NCBI GenBank assembly: GCA_016748015.1
Contig: JAAOMT010000128.1
Coordinates: 1,557,538-1,621,537 of the forward strand
Length of the DNA: 64,000 nucleotides
Origin: Geosiphon pyriformis uo1
Lineage: Eukaryota; Fungi; Glomeromycota
Reading direction: 5' to 3'
Position numbers and translations under genes: made by a program. Below the pieces are notes generated by a model. The model was given only the letters and a program-made list of their open reading frames with translations. It made no database searches and had not been told where the DNA came from. This document shows, one piece after another, positions 26,501 through 41,250 of the stretch. The number at the start of each line of letters is the position of its first letter. The stretch's first letter is position 1.

Positions 26501-29150
26501 AACAAAATACCATAGAAAAACAAGTTTAAAACTATCTTATTTATAATAAATATTTATATTAACAAAAATGCCATAACTACAAAACATCACAATAAGTTAT
26601 AAAAAATACAAAAAAAACAATCTTGTTTAATATATATTCTGATTTAATTATTAAATATTTCAATAAATCTAAACTATTAGTTAACAATATATAAAGATAT
26701 TTTCAAATATATCTATAACTGTAACTTCTGCCAAAGAAAGAAAAAGCCAAAATTATAAAACTATTTCGATCTATTTTAGTTAAAAATCTATTTAATAAAA
26801 TTGGTATTAATTTGATTAGATCTTTTTTAATTAATTTTAAAGAAAATTAATATATTGCAATAATTATAGACTATTTTTATAAATAACCAAAAGTCTAAAT
26901 TATTTAAGTTGTAGATGTTAAAATAATAACTGAATTTAAATATTAAAATTTGATCTATAAACATAAATATCCAAAAAAATTATTATTTAATTAAAAAACT
27001 TATTTTGTTAATAATACTTTAATAAAACTAAACCAATAATTTAAAATAAAACAAACCATATTATTTTTATATTATCTTTAGACAAATAAATTGGTAGAAT
27101 GATTTAACCAAATATTGTATAAAGCTTTAACAAAAATAAGTTAGAAAAATATACAAAAATAAGACTTATTTATATCTTTAATATTATTTGTATACCAAAT
27201 ATTAAAGCAAAATATTACCAGTTTATACTATTTAAATTAATTTATGAGGAAGTTATATTGTCTATTAAACTAAAAAATCTTTTTTTCTAACAAAAATAAT
27301 TATTAAAAAAAACTTTAAAGTTATTTTACACCAAAAAACATATTAGCTAATAAAAATACTGAAAAATAATTATAAAATAGTTGTTAACAATATTAGTAAT
27401 TCTTAAAAATAACAAAAAAAAAACATAATAATCATCTATTGAACCAATTAGTTGTATTTAAGATTGAAAACAAAGTATTATTACATCACATTAAAGTTGA
27501 AAAACAACAAAATAAAAAATTAAACTCGAAATAAAATAATTTATTTTATATATACAAAGTTCTTAGCAATAGAACTTATAAATTACAATTAAAAAACAGA
27601 ATTTTAAAGAAAGCTAAATATAGAAATTATCTAAAACTTTATTATACAACACAAAAATTATCATTAATTATATCTTAATTAAAAACACAAATTTTATTAA
27701 TCAAACTTGAAGATATCTTATAAGATCTAAAACCAATTATTATAATTAAACACAGTCTTATACAGAAATTTAAATCATGTAAATTAAATATATAAATACT
27801 AAAAAACTGAAAAAAAATACAGTTAATATGGATCTTTTAAATAAAATTCTGAAACTTTTACAATGATTGTTTAAAGCTATTTAACAATCCATAATATCAA
27901 TAAAAATTATAATTAATAGAAAAAAAATATAATACAAAAATATAAGCAAAAAAAAATAAACAAGAGTTTAATTAAAACTAAATATTTCTAGTATTACATA
28001 AAATTAAAGAAGAAAAAAAAATAGTGTATTCAGACAATAGAAAAAATTAAAGTTTTAAACAACTTAATTATAAAACCAAATACTAAAAAATAGATACCAA
28101 AACTTTTACAATATAAAAAAAAATTTTTATTAATATATTAGTTCTTTAAAATTAGTAAAAAACTGGATTTATAAATATTATATAAAGACAATAACAAATA
28201 AATATTCAACAGAAAAGCCCTAAAAAAGTAAAAAAATTTGTTAGAAGAAACAATCTGATATTATATTATAAAACAACATATCAACTATACTCAATATTTA
28301 AATACTGTTTAATTATAATATTAAACAATTTATTAAATAACATTAAACAAATAACAAATTTTCAGTTTAAAAAACTATAAAAAACAATATTCAATACAAT
28401 AATTAAATATTATACCAAAAAAACCACTTTTAAAAACACATATAATTTACAGAAACTCAATTTTAAAAAAGAAAAATATTATTATCTAAGTAAAAAAGTA
28501 ATTAAAAACTTATTAAAAAAACATAAAAACTATATAATAACATAAAAAAAATATAATAATACAAGATAATACAAAATAATACAGAATAATATAAAATAAT
28601 TCAGAATAATACATAATAATATAAAATAGCACAGAATAATTAATAATAACATAAATAACTAATTATAATATAAAAAAACAAAACAATAGCTAAAATAGTA
28701 AACAATAGTTAGCAATAATAAACAATTAAAAACAATTTTATAAAATTAGAAAATATGTATAAAAATAAATAATTTTAGCAAATAAAAAAAACAGACTAAA
28801 CAAAAATCAATTTTTTTCTAATATTTTTTTTAGCCTAAAAATTATTTATCTTATTTTTTTTATATTTTCATATCAATTAAATAAAATATTATTATTTAAT
28901 TCAAAAAATACATAATTTTAACATTCTGATTCTTGAAATTTAATTAATTGTTTTCTCTTAAATTAAATATTATTAGCATGCTTTTAAAACTTTAACAACT
29001 AAATTAATTGCTTTTGATTACAGTAATTAATAAAATACTAATTTTATTTTTATTTTTTTTTATTTTTATTTTTTTTGTAAAATAACAACATTAAAAATTA
29101 ACTGTTTAAAAATAAACATAATAGTTTGGTAAAAAAAAAAAACTTTTTAG
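20600..29150 (+). mobile_element. Hypermutated Ty3/Gypsy LTR retrotransposon (gag-ZnK-PR-Cys-rich domain-[insertion]-RT-RNaseH-IN-3'LTR); 5' LTR missing
   Basis: Gag ~20960-21580 (YIAKITEFTE..QILNQFITKLKDKLIKKV). Zinc knuckle NCYYCGILRH*K*NC ~21665. Protease ITAMYTEA..LILNSKFAKNII (DSG>NSK) ~22270-22350. RT motifs FCVNY*KL ~25320, FNVMLFKL ~25520, MYLNNT (YLDD) ~25615. RNase H ALILIYSDF ~26013. Integrase motifs CNFCQR ~26718, NKIGINLIR ~26795, YYL*TNKLVE*FNQIL ~27070. Domain order RT-RH-IN indicates Gypsy. Purine tract near 28465, then an LTR with 10-bp tandem repeats. Confidence 0.88.
23660..24700 (+). mobile_element. Nested fragment of a second LTR element (polypurine tract + LTR starting TGTTACC at 23675 + leader-like sequence) interrupting the Gypsy pol
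   Basis: GAAGAAGAGATTA-TGTTACCAAT junction. 23675-23965 aligns with the reverse complement of 33262-33526, and 24140-24700 resembles the reverse complement of ~40800-41230. Confidence 0.7.
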
Positions 29151-29399
29151 GTTTAAATATTAATTTTATTTTGTTAGTTTATTAAAAAAACAAAAAAACA
29201 ATATTAGATTTTAATAACTATATTTACTAGCTTAAAAAAATATAATTATAACAATACAATTAAAAAAATAATATTTTTGTGTTTTATAACAAAAAAACTT
29301 AATAAGTATAACTTTAGACAGAAAAACTTTCAAAAACTAATAATTAACTTAACTAATAAAACCAATTTATTTATACTTAATTAGCTTTTATTATTAAAT

Positions 29400-31500
29400 T
29401 ACAAGCACTAAATATCACAATCATATTCTATTAAGTTTACTTATAATATTGCTTTTTAAAAACAATTTTTTGGTTTTAATTATAAGATAATATATAAATA
29501 TTTCTGTTAAAATATAATTAAATTAGACTTTAATAATAAATTTATTATAGCTTAAATAGTAAACAATAGTATTTTTGTTGTTTAAATAGAAATTTCAATA
29601 AAAATAACATTTATTATAATATTAGTTTCAAAAAATATGCAAATTTAGATTTGGTTAATTCTTTAATTAATAGTTTATTTATTAAAAATTTGATATAATA
29701 CAATTTTTATAAAGTTAACAAAATAATTAATTATATTTTTATTAATAAACAAAATTTTTGGCAAATTATAAGCCAAAAATATTAATAATAGCAAAAATAA
29801 ATAATTTTTTAATTTTTACAGATTAAAAATTATAGTATTTAGAATTATTAAAAAAGTAAAAAAAATTAAAGTTCGAAACTTAACTATCTATTAAAAATCT
29901 AATTGTCTATTAATAAAATTAAAGTTTTATCAATTCAAATTATATTGGTTACAGATTTTAATGTAAGTAATAAATTAAAAAAAATTACAAAGTTGTTAAA
30001 TATTATAAGTTTTGTTTTATTAAATCATTGAATATTTATATATTAATTAAAAAATACATAAATAATTTTGTTATTAATAAAAACAATATAATTAAAAATA
30101 TTTTTGTATTTTTTTTATACAATTATTTTAGATTATTAATTAATAATATTAAACTTGTTTTGAATTTTAAAAAAGTTAAAACTACAGTTAATGTAATTAT
30201 AAAAGATTAAATTAAAAAAAAATTTAACTTTAATGTTTTTTCTAAGTAATAATTAAATCAGTACTTTAAGTTATATAAATAATAATATTTTTGGCAATTT
30301 ATAAAAATAATTAAGTAAAACAAGTTAATTTTAATTATAAAAAATCTGCTAAATAACAAAATTATAAATTTCTAATAAATTATAAAAGAATTATAATAAT
30401 TCAATTTTGTTATACTTTTAGTTTTGTTAAATATTTGTTTTTTAAAGAAGTTAGCATTTGTTGTGTAACATAAAGCTTGGGTTTTAATAAATTTTAAATT
30501 TTATAATTGAAATAATATTTTTATTAATACTTGGTCTATTGTATTTATTAAAACTATTAGAATTTTTTTTTCAAAATTCTGTTTAATTGTATTTTATTTG
30601 TTTATAATACTTTTAATTTTTTGTAATAATAATTTCTTAATACTTAAAGATACTTTAACTTAATTTTTATTTTTGCTGTTAAATTTGTTGTTAAAAATGT
30701 TTTTTAAAAAAAATTATGAGATCTAATTAATTCTATAAAACATATACAAAATATATAATTTTATAAGTTAATAGTACTTAAAATATAGTTTGTTTTATAT
30801 TAAAATATGTAAAAAATTTATTAAGTTCTTTGATAGTTTTTACAATAATAAAACCAATAAAATTATAACAAATTTTGATTTAACTTTTAATTACAAAGTT
30901 TATGATAATTTAAATTAAAATAAAATATTTTTGTTTTTGTTTTAAAGAATTTTATATAATTTATTTATATATATAATAAAAAATTAGACTTATTTATGTA
31001 AATACAAGATAAATTTAATATTTATAGCCAAAATAAACTAAATAAAAGCAGCTGTTAATTATATTTTATTTTTTATTGTTAAGTTTCTATAAATATTATT
31101 ATTTAAATAAACAATTTTTAAATTACTTTACAATATATATTAAATTTAGCTAGTAAGTTCTTTAAAATTAATAATATTTTTATTAATTAATAAATTAAGT
31201 TTTTTAACATATACATTAATAAAATATTTATATCTAATTTAAAAAAAGCTTATATAAATATTAAGTTTTTTGCAAATATAGTTTTAAAAAAGTTTATATT
31301 TAATAAACAGTTTTTATACTTAATTTTAGCAATGTTATATCTAATTATTAACTATAAGATTCAATTTAATTTTGTGTTTAAATAAATTTGTGTTAAATAA
31401 GACTTAATTATCAGAAAAAGATTTAAGTTAAAAGCTAATTTTTTTAAAAACTTTTTATTTATTGCTATTTATTATCTGCTTTTATATAGTTTTAAATTTT
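29400..31500 (+). mobile_element. Degenerate LINE, copy B (endonuclease + RT, 3' truncated)
   Basis: Endonuclease relic (..IFVV..NFNKN..ISFKKYANLDLVNSL) ~29560-29690. RT relic *LIL*NIYKIYNFIS..IKICKKFIKFF (LVLQDMRKAYDSVGW..IKMC) ~30720-30830. Confidence 0.75.
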
Positions 31501-33526
31501 TTAAACAAGTTTAATTTAAATATAAAATAATTAATCTAGTTATATATGTAAATATAATTGGTATTTTTGAATATTTTTTATTTATTAAGCTATAAATCTG
31601 CAAATTATATGTTGAATTTTATAGTATTTATTTTAGTTTTCTATTAAATTATTTGTTAATTTTATAACCAATTTTTTGGTTAGTATAATTGGTATTTTTT
31701 GAAGTATAACTTGTTTTTAATAAATAACTTATTTATAACTTTTTAACTAAAAAATAAAATTCTAATATTAAATATTTTGGATACTTTATTGTATTATAAA
31801 TTAATATAATTCTTAATATTATTTTTTTTAGCCAACTTTTGGATTATTATAGTTTTTATTTTACTTGAAAAAATTTTTGTTATTAAAAAAAATTAAATCT
31901 TAAAGATTCGACTTTTGTTTATTTTAATATTGCTATTACTTTTATTTTTAAAAATAGTCTTATTAGTTTTTATAATTTGTTTTTTTCTTAAATTTATTTT
32001 TGAATTTATTCAGATATAATAGTTTTAATATAATTAAATAATGTTTAATTAAAATTGATTTGAATATAATTACTGTCTATATTAATAAATCTGTTAAAAA
32101 TTTCAATTTTTAAACTATTATAACTAATATATTTGCTTATTTTTTGGATATTAACTTTAAAATAAGTTTGAATATTTATGGTATTTTTTTGTTAATTTTT
32201 GTTAAATTGTAAGTAATAGTCTTGATTTTTATTTATGTTTTTATGAAAAATACAGTAATAATTAATTTTAATAATTAAACTGTTTTAAATAATATGTCTG
32301 TATTTACTAATACTAATTCAAATTATTATAACAAATATTGAATAAAATATTATTATATTAATAATATTATTAAAAATAAAGTTTTAATAGTTTATTAAAA
32401 TAAAATAAAAGATTATTTTGTAATTATGAATAATAATTATATGAATATACTTGTTAGTAATTTAACAAATTTTTATTTTATATTGTTTTATAATATTAAA
32501 AAATAATTTTTAATTACAAATAGTTATTTAGTATCTAAAAATATCTAGTATTTTATAAGTTATATTAATTAGAATATTAGATATACTAAAAAATATGTAA
32601 ATACTTTTTTGATACATAATTTTAATTTTTTAATAATAATTAAAGTTTGATATTTAAATAGTTATATATATATAAAATTAATTAGTTTAGTATTTATAAT
32701 TTTTTAATTATATTTATAAAAATATTATATAAATAATTGCTGGTTATTTCCAAAAAAAATTGTATAATACATTGTATTTTAGATTTATTTTTATTTAATA
32801 TAATTTATTAAAAAATTTTAAATATATTTTTATATATGTTTTAAACTTTGTTATTTATAAACAGTTATTAATGTTTTAAATATAATATAATTTGTCTAAT
32901 CTGCTAATTATTAATTTTGCTGTTGTATATTTATTATATAAAATAAAATTTAATAGCAAATTATATATAATTATTATTAAAAATTTTATTTTAAAAAATT
33001 GATTATTAAAAGCTTATAATTTATGTAAAAATAAGTTAAAAATAGTTGTAAAAATTGTTAATTTTGTAAAAACTTTATAATTTAATACAGATTAAATATT
33101 TAAATACTTAATATTTTTTTAAGATAATATTATGTTAATATTTATAGTTTATTATCTTAATATTATTATTTGAATAGAAAACTAATTCAAAACTATTAAA
33201 AAAATATAATTAATATATGATAATATAAAAAAATATAATAATATATAATAATTTAAGATACAAATTACAAGTTATTTTGACAAACTATTAACTATTTTAG
33301 TAAATTATCTATTATTTTAGCAAATTTCTACAAATTTTGGTGAATTTTTGAATGTTATATAGTTCGAGATATTATGTAATTTGATTATCTTAATTTTTAT
33401 TATATAAATTAGATTATTAATTAAATAATAAGTAATAATTTGAATAATAATAATATATACTAATTAGTAATAGGAATTATAAGGATAATTTTATGTTAAC
33501 TAGTAGTTAAAATTCTATTGGTAACA
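31500..33526 (-). mobile_element. Degenerate LTR element on the minus strand (LTR begins TGTTACC at 33526, followed by degraded internal sequence)
   Basis: 33421-33526 aligns ungapped with 23675-23780 (12 differences, all transitions). The internal part is too degraded to assign domains firmly. Confidence 0.6.
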
Positions 33527-33599
33527 ATGTAAATAAGTTTTATTTTATTACTAAATTTTTTTATATAATTAACTTATATATTTTCTTTTTTATTAAATT

Positions 33600-36500
33600 T
33601 AAATTTTTGAATTTTTTTAGCAATAAGATTTAATTTTTCTTAGGTGTTTATTAAAATAAGTTATAAAAATTTTATGAAACATAAAAAGATGGCTTGAAAA
33701 ATTTTTTTTTATAATTTGATCATATAAAATTTATTAAAGTTGTTTTAAAACATTGCAATAATATTTTCAGTATATTTAGCATTAATTATTTTTTTTTAAC
33801 ATTGATTTTTTTGTTTACAAGATTAGATTAAGATATAATCTAGACTATAGTACTAATAAAAATTTTTAAAACTAATTTAAGATCTATTTTTACAAAAAAA
33901 TATAATACTATAACTGTAGAAAAGTGTTTAAAGTATTTTAAATTGAATTTAATATTATTTATATATGTTTATTTAAAACATATTTTTTTATTGTTGTTAT
34001 TATATCATTTTAATTTTAATTTTTTGAAAAGATTAGGATAGATAAGATATTGTTTAATTTTAATAATTATATTTGACTCTTAAAATATAATAGTTTTTGT
34101 ATTTAATAAGTATTTTTTTCAGATTTTTTGAGTTTTAAAATAAGATAAAGTATTTACAATAAAAGATTAAATAAGAGATCATATTTGTTACAATATTAGA
34201 AGAACAAAAAATTAAATAATAATTATATAATTTGATATTAAGATCAGTCAGTCTTTGCTTCTATTTTTTACAAATAAAACCAAATTTTTGGTAATATTTT
34301 TAAAATATTTCAAAGTTATTAGTAAACAAATTAGTTATTTTTTTAACAAAATACAGAAGTATTTTTAATAATATATATTTCTTAAACAGTAATACTTTTT
34401 TATTTTATAGTGGTTATTTTCCAAATTTTATTTTTATTATAAGAATACAAATTTAATCAGTTAATTACTTAACTATAGACAATAACAAATAAAGTTATTT
34501 TGTGTATTTAATTATTAATTAAGATAATATATTAACAAAATTTATTATATCTTTCTTTTTTATTAGAAATATTATTTCATAGTTCTTTATTTGGTAAAAT
34601 TTTATTACAAATAAAACATAATGTGTTATCTTATTTGTCTTGTTACTTTGGACATTTAAATTAATTTAGTACACAAAGATAACAATAATATCTAATAATA
34701 ATTGATTATATTTTATCATTTTTAATATATGTATTTATTAATAACAATTTTTTTCTGCAATCTATGCAAATTAATTTTGGTTAACAATAGAATTGATTGT
34801 ATTGATTCAGTAAAACATAAACCAAAGTTAAAGTTTGTAGTTTTTTTTCAACTTTTTTTTTTTTCGAATAAGTAATAAAAATAGATCTATGTAAAAATTA
34901 TCAATTCAGAAAATTTGATTTTAATTTTTAAACTAAATATTTTTAAGTGTTTTTTAAAGTTTCTGTCTAATTATGTTATTAATATTTCTTATAAACTAGA
35001 TATATTTTTTTCTCAATTATCTTTAAACTGTATTGTAGAAATGCTTATTCTTAATACTGTTCTAATGTTATATATAATTGTTAACCAGTTATTGCCTATT
35101 CTATTTGTTTTGTGTATTAATTTTGATGTTTTCAAAAACATGTTTTTTAGTAAATCCAAAGTTCTGACTGTTAAAATTAGTAGTTTGAAAGCTAGCATAG
35201 TGGTTTTAAAAGATTAAATTTAATTTATTATGAATAAATTAAAGTTTTTTAATTTAAATAATAATATGGTATTTTTTTTTGTTTTCAATAAATAGTTTAA
35301 CTTAAAAAAATAATTATGTGTAATATTAGAGAAATAAATATTTTTGCCAAGCAAAATAACATTATTAAGTGGCATAAAAAATTAAAAAATAAATTATTAT
35401 TAAAACTAAACTTTATTTTAATGTTAAGTCTTAAATTGTAAATAAGTTTTTAAGTATAAAAATATTTACTTTTAATTTGAATTTTAAATATTTGAATACT
35501 GATATTGCTTTAATTGTAAATAAATATTTAACCAAGCATGTTTTTAAAGTTTCAGAAATTTCTGATAAGCTTTTAATAATCTATTTATTATTTAAAAACA
35601 AACAATCAATTTTTGTATTAGAATTTTATACAGATATATCTCTAAAGAAACATTTAAATCAAGCTACTATTATCAATTTTCTTATAGTTTATGTATACAA
35701 CAAGAATTCTTTTGTTATTTTGAATAATAATTTTAATAAAAATAGTATTAAGCATAATATTAGTTTCAAAAAATATGTAGATTTAGATTTAGTTAATTTC
35801 TTAGTTTGTAATTTATTTATTAAGTTTTTTACTTAAAAAAACTCTAAAAACTATTGACTATATTTTTGTTTTATTTAATTTGGTAAATATATTAACTAAG
35901 AAAAAAGTTACATATATAAATAAAATTTTCAATACTGTTTACAATATAGTTTATATTATTGTTGGTTTTAGTGGTTTTTTAAACCTAGTTTTGAGATTAT
36001 TTTGTGTACAAACCAATAAAAATTAATAAAAATTCAATGTTAAGAATATTAGTAATGTAAAATAAGATTTGTTTAGAATTTTAATACTTAATATTACTAT
36101 TATATTTGTTAATAATTTTGTTGTTGTAAAAAAATTTCAGAATATAAATAAGATATAAGATATTGTTTGTAAAATAGTTTGTTTTTTAGTAAATAAGATA
36201 CTCTCCAAATTCTGATTTAAAAACTATATTAATATTTTCACAAAATTTTCATCTTGTTTTTACAAATTAAAAATTTTGGTATTTAAATTAGTTAAACTAT
36301 TTTGTTTAGTCTTAACTAGTGTATTTGATTTACTTTTAAGACTTTGAATTTCTTTAAATATTAATAATGTCTTTAATGTAAAAATATTTATTTATTTAAG
36401 TATTTATTTTAATGCTGTTCAGTCTGTTTTATTAAAAATTAAAAAGTTTTATTAAGCTTTTAAGATAACAGAATTTAGTATATTAAAAAGATACATATTA

Positions 36501-39500
36501 AGTCTATTATTAACAAACAGATAAAAAATTTTAAAATAAATAAAGACTATACTATTTAAAATATTTTAAAACATTTTTTTTATAAAGTAGTATTGGATTA
36601 TTTAATTATTAAAAAGAAATTGGTGTTAGAGTCTAAATTGGTCAAATTTAAAATAAATATTATTATAAAAAGTTAAATAAAAAACACAAGATATTGGATA
36701 AGATAATTGAAGTATAATATAATCAATATTTTTTTCTGAATTAAATTGTTAATAATGCTTTTTCTAATATTATGTGTTCTATTAGTTTTGGTAAATTGTT
36801 AAATATTATAATAAATTTGTTTAATAAGAAAACAATTAGTTTTTCTAATATTTCAAATAAGTTATAAAAACATTATAAAAAAATAGTATTAAATACACTT
36901 TTAAATCTATTAAACTTGTATTTAGTATATAAACCAGTTTCACAATTTTGAAAAAAAGTTTGAGTTTTAATAATTTCCAAATTTTATAAGTGAAAAAGCA
37001 TTTTAATAAATACTTATTTTATTGTTTTAATTAAAACTGCTTGAAAATTTTTCTAAAATTTTATTAGATAGATTTTTTCTGATATATAGCAAGCTTAATG
37101 TTTTTTATAGTAATAATTTTTTGGTTTTTATGATTGAATTAATGATAAAAAATGTTCTAAAAAAAATCGTAAATATTGGCTAATTTTATAAAATATGTGC
37201 AAAATATATAATTTTGTGGGTTAGAAATATTTAAAACATAGTTTAAATAAAATTAAAATATATAACAAATTCATCAGATTCTTTGATAATATTTATAATA
37301 ATTATGTTAATCAGATTATGATTGATTTTAACTTGTTAAATAGATACTGTATATATAATAGACTAGATTAGAGTAAAGTTTTTTCATTTTTTTTAACACA
37401 TCTTCTATAATTCTCTTTTATATAAGATTAAAAACCAGAAAAATATATGTAATTATAAGATTGAATTTAAATTTGTTACTAAAACTGGTTAAGTTAAAAT
37501 TCAAATTGGTTTAACAACATTTCTCACTATTAGTGCCTTTGTTGATAATATAATTTAAATAGAATATAATTAAACAATAATCTAATATATTTTAAATATT
37601 ATAAGTAATTTTTTTTGGATTAATAATATTTTAATCAATAATAACAAGACAATAGTTATTTTAATTAACCACAAAATTACAAATTTTTTTTGTTAATTTT
37701 TATAGTAAAAAAAAGAAAATATTTAAATATTTTTTGTCAATAAAAGACTTGTCAAAGTCTAATTTAGCAAGAACTTATTTAGATATTAAATTTTTTATTA
37801 GTATTATTTTAAGAAAAACTATTTTTAATAAGCAGTTTATATACTTAGTTTTAATAATGCTTTATTATATTATTAATTATAAAACCCAGTTTAGTTTTAT
37901 TTTTAATAATATATGTAAAAAATGGGACACAATAATTTATAAAAACTTAAAATCAAAATTATGTTTGCTTTTAAACTTTCCAAATAATACAATTTTTTTT
38001 TTTTTCCTATAGCTTAAAAACTTTTAAATAAATATAAGCTGAAAACAAGTTGGCTTCTGTGTTGTGTTTTTTTAATATACATAGTATCCTAAGCTATTTG
38101 TTTAAACATAAATTTATTAATTTATAAGTTTGAAGTTAATTTTTTTACTATTTTTTGTATTATCTAATTTGTCTTAAAGTTAGCTTTATTAACAATTTTT
38201 TAACTAATATGGTTTGTGTTTTTTATTAGTATAATTTATCTTTGCTTAATTTTTTACAGTTAGTATTCTGCTTTTAAGATAAAACTTTTATGTTAATGGT
38301 TTTGTGTAAATTTGTTTTTTTTAAGATTTTTTGCTTATTTAAACAATTTGGTATTGTTTTTATTAAACAATTACATAATAAAAAACAGTATTTTTGACTA
38401 AAAACTTTTTAAACATTAGAAAAAATTGGACTCTTGTGACTCTGTTTTTAATTGATTCAAATTTGCTATTAAGTTTTTGGTTGGTTTGACTTCTTGTTTT
38501 GTTGTTTTACTTTTGTTGTTGGATCTCAGTCTTTAAATATTTTTGGTTTATATAAGTTTAATCTAATTTGTAATTGGTTATTAGATATTAACATGGTTTG
38601 TTTTCTATTTATACTAATAATTTTCTGAACAATCTGAACTTTGTTAATATAAAAGCTAGTGCTGCAGTTTTTTAAGAATGTAAATATGAGTTAAGATATT
38701 AAAATTTTAAGATTGGTTTTATTTATTATAACTAAATTACGAGCTATTACATTTGTCTTAAAATGTGTTTCTTTTTTCTGTATAGTTAATTTGTTTTCTA
38801 ATAGTTAGACAGTTTTAAATATATATTATTTAGAGTTGGCCTTGATTTTTTTAGACTTTTATAATTATTGTTGAATTAAATATTAACATATTATAAATAT
38901 TATTAGAAAAAAAAATTTATGTGTTAATTAGTGTAAGTTTAAAAATTATTTAAGTGTTTTAAATAATAAAAAAACCAATGTTTTGGTTAGTGCTGTTTTA
39001 TTTTTGAATGTAATACTTTCAGCCTATATATAAAAATATTTTATTAAGACTAATAGTAAAGTTGTTTTGAAAAATACAAAACATTTTGTTTATGAAGTTT
39101 TTTAAACAATTTATTAAGCTTATTAAAAAATTGAATCTGAAATTTATGTTTTAAGAATTAACTTGCTTAGAAATGTGTACTAAATTAGATTAATACTTGT
39201 ATAGTATATTAATTCTTATATATTAATTGAATTTATAAACAAATTTATAATTGAATTGTATTTTTACTTTATGAAAACTTTATATTACAAGCTGCTTATG
39301 GCTATTTATAAGTATTTATATAATAAATATTATTATAGTGCTTTATGTCTGTTTTATGAAGAAGTTAAGTTTTTAAATCACGTTTTTTCTTGTAAATTGA
39401 ATAGTAAAACTTATAAAAAGCTGTTAAATATTTATGTAACTATCTGAAAAATGTTTTTTGGTCTTATTAAATCGATATTAAGTGTTTTTCAACTATTTTT

Positions 39501-39890
39501 TTTATGCACTTTTAATGTTGTAGTATATTTAGCTTTATGTAAAAAATTTATTTTTAAGAATTGGTTTTATAAATTCCTTTTAATTTTTAAAAATGCTAAA
39601 ATTGTTGACAATAAGATAGTAAATTTTGTATATGGTTTTGGATTAGTTCATAAAAATAATATCTGGCTTATCTATTTCAAACACTAAGTTTTTATAAAAA
39701 ATAATAGTTTAATTATATAAAATAATATCTTTTTTGTAGATATTACTAATCTGTTTTCTGTTTTATTTAATAATATAATTAAGCTACTTAGAATTATTAA
39801 AGCCTTTTATTTTGCTTTTGGCATATATAAATTGTGTTCATTTTTTTTAAATATTAAAAACATTGTTTTTGTATATATAAATATATAATA
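33600..39890 (+). mobile_element. Near full-length hypermutated LINE, copy C: ORF1, then ORF2 with APE endonuclease, RT, RNase H and C-terminal CCHC
   Basis: Endonuclease in ORF 35477-35836 (FVILNNNFNKN = VLGGDFNE). RT WLIL*NMCKIYNFVG* ~37175 and SAFVDNII (FVDD) ~37532-37555. RNase H SIYTNNFL..KASAAVF..TKLRAITFVLKCV..LFSNS*TVL (YTDGS..AGAA..AELQAI..SDSQ) ~38600-38820. Zinc finger LCLFYEEVKFLNHVFSC ~39343-39395. Confidence 0.85.
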
Positions 39891-39949
39891 TTGTTCTAAT
39901 TGATCTAAGTGATTAGTTATATATAATTAAATACATAATTTACATTTAG

Positions 39950-41250
39950 TTTAAATTACTTAATTTAATATATTATACTAGATTATATTTAAATCTTATT
40001 TATTAAACAAAAAATAAATAAATATAAAAGTAATTTGATTATTATTAATTATTATTTTAAAAAACCAATTAATTATTAAATCTATTTTTATTATTAATAG
40101 TTTAAAAATAATTCTAATGTATAAATTGGTTTTGTTGAATTAATTTTCTAATTAATACTTTGTAATTTTAAGCTGATAATAGTTTTTAATATTATTATAT
40201 TAATAATAATATTAGTTAATAATAATTGTTTTAATATTAAAATTTTAATATATAATATTTTTTTAATATTTTTTTAGTTTTTTTAATTTTTTAAGTATTT
40301 ATTTCAATTTTTTTCTTAATAATTAATTAAATTAATATTAATATAAATTAGTTTTAATTGTTAAATTAGGCTTTTTAATAATATAAAATTTTTTAATCTT
40401 AAAAATAGTTAAGTAATAAATTAGATATTTAAGTATAAATATAAATTATTAATTAATAAAATATTTTTTTTTATAAAACTTTATAATATTATAATTAAGT
40501 TCTTAAAAATAAATGTCAAGTATTTTATAATTGTAATTTTTTGGTTTTTTATGTAAATAGTATATAAAATTTTTGTAAAAGTTGTTTTTAATTTTTAAAA
40601 TACTGTAGTTTTTTAAAAAAAATTTATTAATATAATTTTTAAAATATTAATAAAATATTTTCTTTAAATTTACAATTCTGTTTAAAATATTAAATTACTG
40701 TTTACAATATATATAAATTGGCTGGTAATATTTTAAAATTGTTGTGTTAAAAGTAATTACTATTTTAAATAAACTTTTATTATATTAAATTTTTAAAAAA
40801 GCACTAAATATTACCAAAAATTTCAATTATTTTTTTTAATATTGTTAATAATAATAAATTATTGTTAAATTTTCAATAAGTTAGTTTATTTTTAAAATAT
40901 ACTTTAAATTATTTATGCTATTTAATTTATAATAGAATAGTTAATTTTATAATAATTACTTTGTATAATTACTTTAATTATAAGCTTTTCAATAATATGT
41001 AATTATTTTGCTATAAAAATCAACTTTTTACAAAAAATTTCAACTGTAAGCATTTTAATAATATTAAAAAAATTGAAATTAAAATAAAATAAAATAATAT
41101 TTTTTGTCCAAATTTCTAAATTTATTACTAAAATTAGTAACTAATTAATTTTAAAATATGTTTAATATAAAAAAGTTTTGGATTTTTAGAAGTAGAAATT
41201 TTATTTTATTGATTTGTAATAACTAATTAATTTATGAGATAAATAATTAA
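39950..41250 (-). mobile_element. Degenerate Gypsy leader/gag fragment
   Basis: The reverse strand gives a gag-like relic, and the leader is homologous to 24140-24700(+). Confidence 0.5.

Noticed and set aside
28540-28650. Regular short repeats as a CRISPR-like array
   Set aside because: Contiguous 10-bp tandem units without unique spacers, inside an LTR of a eukaryotic genome.
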